In this document: piece after piece, positions 1-8,000 of the stretch
Numbering within the stretch: the first letter of the stretch is position 1
Layout of the letters: the number at the start of each line of letters is the position of its first letter
Assembly: GCA_965644295.1 (NCBI GenBank)
Contig: CBFFRP010000226.1
Span: 1 to 18,611, forward strand
Direction: 5' to 3'
DNA length: 18,611 bases
DNA from: Paraphysomonas bandaiensis
Lineage: Eukaryota; Protista; Chrysophyceae
Program-made: the position numbers and the translations under genes
The notes under the pieces: model-generated
The model's database searches: none
What the model saw: only the letters and a program-made list of their open reading frames with translations
What the model was told of the DNA's origin: nothing

Positions 1-323
1 CTATTAGTAGAATAATATGTTGACATGCATTACCAAGATACCTGGTAATCGTAGGTAGTATATATTGATTAGTAATAACAAGATGTAATTTCTTCACTCT
101 GGAAGTTGCATGTAAATAGTATCGTAATTGTAGACTGATCCATTGTTGTTGGTTTATTGCTAATATATGGAAGAAGCGCCTAAGAAAGAGGTTCTAAGTT
201 AAATGCAGCTATGGCGGTACTAAGAATGGTGTGGGAGAAAATGATCCACCAATGGCTAGTTACCCCAATGAAGAGTATGTCAGGAGCATTGGTTCGATTA
301 AATGATGCCGATATCGACATACT

Positions 324-1130
324 CAGGGATAGGGAACAATATATTGTATTGCAATACATTGTACAATATATTGCAATATATTATATTGTAAAATATATTG
401 ATTGGTGGACTGGTCAAATATTCCATCAATAGTGTTTCTGCTAAAAGAGCTCACAATACTATTGCAATATATTGCAATCAATATTATGATAGTCATATAA
501 GAGAAGATTCTCAACTGTAGGGTGCAAAATGGATATAAATAACCGAGAAATTGATTACAACATTACAAAGGATAATGAAGCTGATGTTGACTATACGACT
601 AAAAATCTTCAGTCAGCTCAAAAAATTAAGAAACGTACAGATCCACGAGTCATTAACGGTTGCCTGGCCTTGGTATGCACTTCCAATACATGGGAACGTC
701 TGTTCAGCACAGCTAAACATATTATATCAGTGTTGCGCAAAAGTATCCATCCTACTTAATAATATGCTGTTGTTTTAGAAAGCTATTCGACAGTTATGGC
801 CGGATACTAGCATATTTCAATTAATTCTGTGGATGAATATGGTGATGTTGACCTCACCGATGATGGCTCAGAGGATGAGGACGAGGTGGATTTTTAGTAG
901 CTATAAGCAGCAGTTGGTTTGGTTGTCATGTGATCTTAATGACTAATACTAAAAATGAAATCTACGGATGTGTTTACCTACTGATTAGTCAAACTAATAT
1001 ATCGCAATACATTGACAATATATTGCAATATATTGTAATTGTATTGTAGGACCGGTTTAAAAAATCCATCAATACTATTGATGGAACGCTATCTAACAAT
1101 AGTATTGCAATATATTGTTCCCTATCCCTG
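324..1130 (+). mobile_element. Non-autonomous (internally deleted) hAT-superfamily DNA transposon, 807 bp
   Basis: Perfect 23-bp TIRs CAGGGATAGGGAACAATATATTG (324-346 and 1108-1130). 8-bp TSD GACATACT at 316-323 and 1131-1138. CAGGG termini and 8-bp TSD are hAT hallmarks. Subterminal TATTGCAATA-type palindromes at both ends, and an internal transposase fragment. Confidence 0.95.
529..897 (+). pseudogene. Remnant of hAT transposase C-terminus (dimerisation domain and acidic tail)
   Basis: ORF 529-759 ends in TSNTWERLFSTAKHIISVLRKSIHP, matching the hAT (S/C)ERxFS..R dimerisation motif. It continues after frameshifts as MLLF.. and DEYGDVDLTDDGSEDEDEVDF* (TAG 895-897). Confidence 0.8.
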
Positions 1131-1698
1131 GACATACTGATATTGCACTAATACTTCATACCTAATCGTCTCCCTAGAGGTGGTACCTATAACCTCTACA
1201 TTTCCTACTGATAAGTATCCCTATTTATATTAAAATGTACCTATAGGCACTGCCTATATGCATCAATACTACCTATAGGTACTACCTAAAATATAATACC
1301 AATACGACCTGGAGGTACTATAAGTAACAATAATAAACACAGTATAATATGTATTGCAAAGTAGGAAATAATATAAAAGCAAGCAATAATGCAGATCTGT
1401 ATTATGAATGAAAAGACAAAGCATGTATTCAATTAAAATAAGACGGTATTCGTATTAACATATTACGAAGTAAAAGTTAACGGCAATTACTAATTAGAAC
1501 CTACTAATATACATACCACGACAAATCTGAACCAAAGCGTAATCTAGCTCCCAATCACCTGTGACCACGTGGCATTTCACATGCCTCAGTCACGTGTCTA
1601 TAGTAAGTGAAAAACTACTAACTACGGGATGAAGACAGAGCCGATAGAAGTATCAGAAACATATCATTATTACGCTACAGATTACTGAAGAACTAGCA

Positions 1699-1974
1699 CT
1701 AGGACAGGAGGTACAATTTCCCATAATCTGCCAACAGCTCTTCGCCGGCCGCAACTGCCCGAGTGGTCTGCACCCAGACCACGTCCAAGCCGGACTCATC
1801 TACTACAAATTCGCAGTTGAAGCGCCAGCCAGCAGCATGGTCAGAAGGATACACCGTGTTTATATACCCACCATGATTATGAGGCACCCGGGCCAAATAA
1901 GCTTGGGACCCCAGCGGCCAAAGGTAACCTATGTCCCGAGTGTCCCACACCTCTGGTAGAAGTCCAACACGCAC
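1699..1974 (-). CDS. SET-domain-like ORF (central and C-terminal part), antisense within the 5' LTR; true start uncertain
   Basis: NHGGYINT...NCEF...VWVQTTRAVAAGEELLADYG matches the SET-C signature (N..RFINHS..PN....A.R.I..GEEL..DY). GTG start only, with an in-frame TGA 4 codons upstream. Confidence 0.65.
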   Translation of the reverse strand: MRVGLLPEVWDTRDIGYLWPLGSQAYLARVPHNHGGYINTVYPSDHAAGWRFNCEFVVDESGLDVVWVQTTRAVAAGEELLADYGKLYLLS

Positions 1975-2222
1975 TGGCAGACTTCACCTCTTGCATCATA
2001 CGATGACGAGTGCAAGTAAGGAACAACTTTGCACAGTTGCCTATGTGCATCAAGTTGTCCCTCGGGGCATCGAACGGAGCGTTCCCACATACGCCTAGCA
2101 GCAGCCCTTTCACGGTAGGCATACCGATACCGATGGGACCTACGTAATAGAGAGCCCCGTCCCCTACGATTGCGAGGTTTAGGCTTAGTGGAGACCGCTG
2201 CTGGATCTGTAGTGGCAGACAT
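1929..2222 (-). CDS. Arg/Lys-rich 97-aa antisense ORF in the 5' LTR; possible N-terminal part of the SET-like protein
   Basis: ATG-initiated with a basic NLS-like stretch KPKPRNRRGR. Overlaps the SET frame and can be joined to it by a GT..AG intron (1974-2092) or a 1-nt frameshift near 1980. Confidence 0.4.
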   Translation of the reverse strand: MSATTDPAAVSTKPKPRNRRGRGSLLRRSHRYRYAYRERAAARRMWERSVRCPEGQLDAHRQLCKVVPYLHSSSYDARGEVCQCVLDFYQRCGTLGT

Positions 2223-3015
2223 TGTTTATGCAGCAATGGATATGATGTATGTATCTGATGTGGACATTGGTTCTTAGTCTGAGATAGTAGATGTAGAAAA
2301 AGCATCATACGGTATGCTGCACACTCACATACATGTTGGTCCATTGTAATACAGTAGCAGTACTCTGAATACGCAGTATTCAACGGCTAATTTACAAACT
2401 GGCGAGTGTGGTGTGTGGTGTCATCGCGAGTGTGGTGTGTTGTGCTGGTTCTATGTTGCATTGCTTTACAGCTCAGTGTTTTGTTAAGTGTTGTTCTGTT
2501 TGTACACTAGTGTTCTGACTTCACTGGAGGTGGGGTTTGCGCGGTGATTCTTGGAGGGAGTCACTAGTACAAGCTTGCAACGCTTGACATACTGTTTAGA
2601 GTAATAATCATCCTGTTCTCCTGCAATCAGACGTACATATAGCTCTGGTTAACTCATTGTGTTTGTTTCTGCTGCACAGCCTTGGTTATCAAACCTGGCT
2701 GTGTCACAGTAATTAATTACTTAAAAAAGCAGATCAGCGCTGATAGTAATTGTTACACATACAACTCATTTTGCAATATTTGCAACACTTGTCATTCTTG
2801 CACATTAGAATACTGAGCTTGGCCTTTATTAGCCTCCTCGTATTCGAATAGTCCTTAGAGTCTATAGATTGCATACCAGTGCAAGCTTAGGGATTAAGGA
2901 GTGATATCTTGCAGTGTTTGAGAATACATATCCGTGAGCGCGGACTCCGTTAGACTGCGCCGTTAAGAGTGTACCTTGGACACTGCAACAAACTCAATAT
3001 TTTGGAAAACTGCTC

Positions 3016-3141
3016 TTATCGCATTGACAACTGACCGTCTGCGAAATGAGTGGATACCTCAATTATTGAGTGGGTGAGAAAGACCTTGTAAGAGACTTGC
3101 AATACAATTTTATCGCATTGACAACTGACCGTCTGCGAAAT
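3016..3141 (+). repeat. Perfect 32-bp direct repeat in the retrotransposon 5' leader (3016-3047 and 3110-3141)
   Basis: TTATCGCATTGACAACTGACCGTCTGCGAAAT occurs twice. Each copy can fold (TCGCA/TGCGA and GAC/GTC). Confidence 0.9.
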
Positions 3142-3236
3142 ACTTGTACAGCAATATCTACATAGTTCGATCTTGCGATAGCTCCAACAAACCTGAGCCC
3201 AAGCTGTCCTGGGATTGATAAAGACCGCAATTCATA

Positions 3237-5039
3237 ATGTCTACTCCTAGTGGCAAAAAGTCCAGCAAGAAGTCGTCCACTGCCCCACTGCGTCCTAAAC
3301 CAGTGGTACAGGAGGACTCACCAGATAAAATAGATGAGAGTCAATACGAAGAAGCGCCCATGATGCCTTCACCTTCTGCCCCAGCATCCTCAGCAACCCA
3401 ACAGATTCTGGACTCAGTACAGGAGATCCAAGGCACCCTGGGACAAGTAGCCTTTGCGATATCCAACCTAGACAGTAGGGTACAAGCTCTGGAGAGTTCT
3501 AAGAGAGCAGATACACCTGATTCACCAGACACCCAGAGTGATGACACACCTGATGCATTCAGTAGCAAGGGCAGTAAAGCAAGTACCACACCCAGGGGAG
3601 TCACTAAGCGTGCTAAGAAAGACCGACCAAAACCCCGTTATTCCACTTTAGGAGATCTGGCTACATTCAGGAGATTGCCAGAGAAGAAAGAGCAACTGAG
3701 TGAGGAGAGCTCCGACTCAGAGCTTGAGGAAGAGGCAGAAGAACATTTGGGGCGTCTTGCCAGTGTTTTTGGAGAGAAGCGTCCAGGAAAGTTCTTCCGG
3801 AATTTGAAACGCAGCGCCAAGGTGGCCCAAGCTAAGACTGTCAATATAACTAGGCTTGAGAAGAAGTGTCACGTCAGGATTGAGACATTCAAACTTGGTA
3901 GAGTTTCAAGGGCGATCAAGGAGATTCTGGATTTCCAAGAAGAGGAAGAAACAGAAGTCCGCATCCAGAAAGTTTTATCTAGAAACCTGAAGGATCACTT
4001 GCGTTCCGTCTATGATATTCAACACGCAGAATTAGCTAGCATGGACATATCTGACCTCATGAGAATCGTAGCCCTAGAGACGAAAGTTTTCAGCTGTGTT
4101 GGGTTTTACAACGAGCTGAAAGAATCTCTCAGCCATATGAAGGTCATGGAGTGGGACAATGTCAACGCTGTCAATTTTGAAGCCTTCTATTTTCAACAAC
4201 TTCGTTTGATAGAATCCTTTAAAAGGATGTTGTCTATCATGTTGGAAAATGAAAGCAACAGGCGTTGGTGTCCACAGGCTGATGACAAGGAATACGGCCT
4301 TATTAGGCTATTTAAAACCCTGAACGACGTCACATATGTGAAATTTGTGCTAGGTTGTATTCCGAAGAAGAAGTTCGACTTTATGGAAGACTTCTTCAAA
4401 CTATATACGGAGGTACTGTTAGACCATTACCAGATCACGATTGCTTATAAACAGTTGCCCTTCAAAGCAACCGTGCAACATCAGGCGAAGTATGAGGAAT
4501 ACATGAAGCGCAAGCGTGAAATGTTTTCTAGACCTAAGCCTGGAGTGGCAAAGAATTCCACTAGCACCCACTCTTCTACCAGGTTATTTAACATGGAAGA
4601 GGAACAGGCTTCTTTTTCTTCAAATGAATTTTCTCATGATGAAGAAGATTTATGGGATGCCTATGGGGATACATGGAAAAGCAACAACCACAGTACCGAT
4701 GTTCCAACTGGCGGCAAACCTAATGGCGAGCCAGCGACCGAAACTTCTGAAGAGAAAGATACATCCGACTCAGAAGGAGCTTTGCAAGCTATGGATGGCC
4801 AGAATCCATCTCATAAACCCAAACAAGAGAAGTATGGGTGCATGAGAAAAATCATGTATGGCAAGTGCGACAAGAGTGATTGTCGTTATAGCCATAATCC
4901 TAGAGCTCTCGCCAATACCGCTTCGGAATTGGCTGAGAAATCCCAAGCTTATTTGAAGACCACTTCTTCAACTTCAGGGTCTCAGGATAAACCTCCTGCT
5001 ATTTTAAGGAGAGATCGCTTCGGCGACTCTCGTCCTTGA
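3237..5039 (+). CDS. gag: Gag-like polyprotein (600 aa) with a C-terminal CCCH zinc finger
   Basis: Intact ORF in the gag position. Low-complexity N-terminus with a short coiled-coil-like segment, helical-looking core, and C-x8-C-x4-C-x3-H at 4839-4895. Assigned as Gag by position rather than by a recognised capsid motif. Confidence 0.85.
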   Translation: MSTPSGKKSSKKSSTAPLRPKPVVQEDSPDKIDESQYEEAPMMPSPSAPASSATQQILDSVQEIQGTLGQVAFAISNLDSRVQALESSKRADTPDSPDTQSDDTPDAFSSKGSKASTTPRGVTKRAKKDRPKPRYSTLGDLATFRRLPEKKEQLSEESSDSELEEEAEEHLGRLASVFGEKRPGKFFRNLKRSAKVAQAKTVNITRLEKKCHVRIETFKLGRVSRAIKEILDFQEEEETEVRIQKVLSRNLKDHLRSVYDIQHAELASMDISDLMRIVALETKVFSCVGFYNELKESLSHMKVMEWDNVNAVNFEAFYFQQLRLIESFKRMLSIMLENESNRRWCPQADDKEYGLIRLFKTLNDVTYVKFVLGCIPKKKFDFMEDFFKLYTEVLLDHYQITIAYKQLPFKATVQHQAKYEEYMKRKREMFSRPKPGVAKNSTSTHSSTRLFNMEEEQASFSSNEFSHDEEDLWDAYGDTWKSNNHSTDVPTGGKPNGEPATETSEEKDTSDSEGALQAMDGQNPSHKPKQEKYGCMRKIMYGKCDKSDCRYSHNPRALANTASELAEKSQAYLKTTSSTSGSQDKPPAILRRDRFGDSRP

Positions 5040-5051
5040 GATAAGGAGGTT
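4990..5051 (+). promoter_or_regulatory. Predicted 27-bp RNA stem-loop with cUUCGg tetraloop spanning the gag stop codon
   Basis: 4990-4997 pairs with 5044-5051 and 5000-5018 pairs with 5023-5043. Bulges at 4998-4999, 5027 and 5032; two G-U pairs; loop TTCG 5019-5022. UGA 5037-5039 lies in the 3' arm. Confidence 0.7.
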
Positions 5052-5054
5052 AAC

Positions 5055-8000
5055 ATGATTGAGGACCTAGAAGAACATGTGATCAGTGTTTGTGATGGGA
5101 ATGATGATTGTGATTATCTCCCAGAGGCTAAAACATTGAATACTACTTCTTCAAAGGTCCATTTCAAGGATGGAGCTAAGCTGTATGCTTCATATCCTTC
5201 AGCCAAGAAATTTTCATCAGCACATACCGTAGGTAGAGTAATTATAGACAAGAAGTTCGGAGTGGAAGAATTAGTGAAAGTTTTATGTGACACAGGAGCC
5301 CTATCCGCTAACTACGTAGCACGTGATCTTGTGGATAGATTGCGTACCAAGCTAGAACCTAGCAGGTTCTACAAGGTCAAACACCGTGTGGTTTTGGCAG
5401 ACAGTAGAACCGTAAAGGATCTTGACGAAGGGGTTCGATTGAACCTAGTGTTTACCGATCCCAAGAGTCACACTTACCAGTACACTGGTGAGTTCATCGT
5501 GATCGACATGTCATCTAATGACATTATTTTGGGACTACCAGCCCTGACTGGGAAGCTATACCCTTTCATGTGTGCTGTCATGGAGCAGGCCCATGAGAAT
5601 CATCTCGAAGATTCGGCTCAAGGGAACCATAATTTGAGTGCCCTACAAAATGAGGACATGGAATCCAGAGAGGAACACCGACGTCCCTGGAGTAAAGCGA
5701 ATGATGCTATTGCTCCAGAAGATAACGAGACTGAGTTACCCGTTCAATTCAAAGATGCTTTGACATTCCTCGGAAAGTCTAGAGAGGAAGCTCTTAACGA
5801 CTACTATGAACAAATAGAAACTCACGTCAGTCAGGAGATGAAACAAGAGACCAACATTATGGATCTCTTATCTTCCAAAGCTGAGAAGGTATTCGTGCCT
5901 GATGAGTGGACAGGAGTCCGAGGTGTTGACCCTTTGACTCTTAAGTGGAAAGAAACTTTACCTGAAAGAATGAAACCCAGAGCCAGGCCGATCAACCCTA
6001 AGCTCTGGGAAGCATCCGAAAAGGAGTTCAGGAGACTATGTGGTTATTTTTACCAGAAGAGCAGATCTCCTTGGGCTTCATGCTTGGTGGTTGCTCCCAA
6101 GGCTACTCCACCTTATATCCGATTCTGCGGCGATTATGTTAATATCAACAAGCACATGCAAGTGGGTAATTATTCAATTCCCAATGTCAAGCATGAATTG
6201 GACAAGATCATCAATTTCCCATTGTATATGGACATCGACTTGACCAACGCTTTCCATCAGATACCTCTAGCGGAAGAAACATCAGAGAGGCTTTCTATCC
6301 AGACGCCATGGGGCCAATATGCGCCAAAGTTCATGCCAGAAGGTATTGCGCCGGCTACTGGAATTCTGCAAGAGGTAGTCAGGGAAATATTTGAAGATTT
6401 TTCTGACTGGGCCATTGTAATATTTGACAACATGTTGATATTGGCCAACGACCCTCAAGATGCGTATCAGAAATTTGAGAAAGTGATTGACAGATGCATC
6501 GAGAGGAATCTCAAACTGAAAATGCCAAAGAGTTGGCTTGGATTTAGAAAAGTAGACTTCTTCGGATACGTATGCAGACACAAATCCTATGAAGTCAATC
6601 CTGAGAAGAAGGAAGCCCTAGGCAAAATCCCAATGCCTACCAACACCAAACAAGCGAGGTCTCTGCTTGGCAAGGGCGTGTTCTTTTCCAGTTTTACCCC
6701 TAGATATTCAGACTTGGTTGCTCATCTCACGGATTTGACCAAATCGAAATTCAATTGGGACAAGACTACGTGGCGGCACGATTATGAGGCTGAATATCGT
6801 CGCTTCATAAAAGGCCTGCAAGATTCCTGCGAATTGTTCTACCCAGACTACAATTTGGAGTGGACACTGCGTACTGACGCTAGTGAGCTAGGAATCGGCT
6901 CGGTGCTTCTGCAGAAAAAGATTCTCGCAGATGGAACAGAGCAGTTGCAACCCATTGCCTTCCTGTCAAAGAAGTTTTCAGCTCAGGCTCAGAAATGGGC
7001 TACGATAGAGCAAGAAGCTTATGGTATTTACTACAGTGTCAAGCACTTAGCGTACTATTTGATTGGGAAGCAGTTCACTATAGAGACTGACCACAATAAT
7101 CTCTTGTGGATGGAGTCGTCTGAAGTACCTAAGATCACAAGATGGAGAATTTTCTTGCAATCTTTCAACTTCAGCATTAAACACATATCGGGTGCCAAGA
7201 ATTGGTTAGCAGATTGGTTATCTCGGGAGCATCAAGTTGCGGCGTTGTCCGGTATGTTCTTAGATGAAGACTATGCCGATGCCTACTTCCTTGGAGAGGA
7301 CTGCACTGAGGATGAATTTTTTAACTTCTTGGGCAATTTTATGAACCCAGAAGACAGGGAAGTATCTCCTCATGCGCAAAGTTCAGTCACTCCCGAGGAT
7401 GCCTTGCAACAAGTACATAATGCCCGAGTTGGACATCTCGGTGGGCGAGCCACTTGGATTCGACTTAATAAGCAATTCCCCGGCCATGGCATTCCTTACA
7501 AAGTAGTCGAAGACTTCATTGCGAAGTGTCCAAACTGTGTTAAGACTAGATTGGCGATGAAAGAAGCGCTGATCCCTATAGTCCGAAACCTTAAGCCTCC
7601 GAGCGCTCGGAGTGCTATTGGTATTGATGCGGTAGAAATCACACCCCATGGTGCTGATGGATACACGCACATTAATGTCGTAGTCAACCTGTACACCAAG
7701 TTAGTTTATCTTGAGCCAGTCAAAGGAGTGACTGCCCTCAACTTGGCAAACACGGTATGGAAGTATTGGAGTTACTACGGACACACTGATCTTATCATCT
7801 CAGATCAGGGTCCTGACCTAACTTCCGATCTTTTCAAACAACTGACTGAATATATGGGCGTCCGACACACCTTCAGCATAGCCAACAGGCATGCTAATGG
7901 TTGTGAACGCATCATCGGTGAGGTGGTCCGACATTTGCGTGCCCTAGTATATGAAAACAGCAAGCGTGTAGAACGAAAGGATGTTTTTGAGGATCCCAGC

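Larger units (their letters stand above)
1560..2708 (+). repeat. 5' LTR (1149 bp)
   Basis: Starts TGTGAC and ends GTCACA (6-bp inverted termini). Direct repeat of 9203-10351 at offset 7643. Confidence 0.98.

Noticed and set aside
1877-2383. 168-aa antisense ORF in the LTR (copy at 9520-10026)
   Set aside because: No recognisable motif and a non-ATG start; it overlaps the better-supported SET and basic frames, so it is probably a shadow frame.
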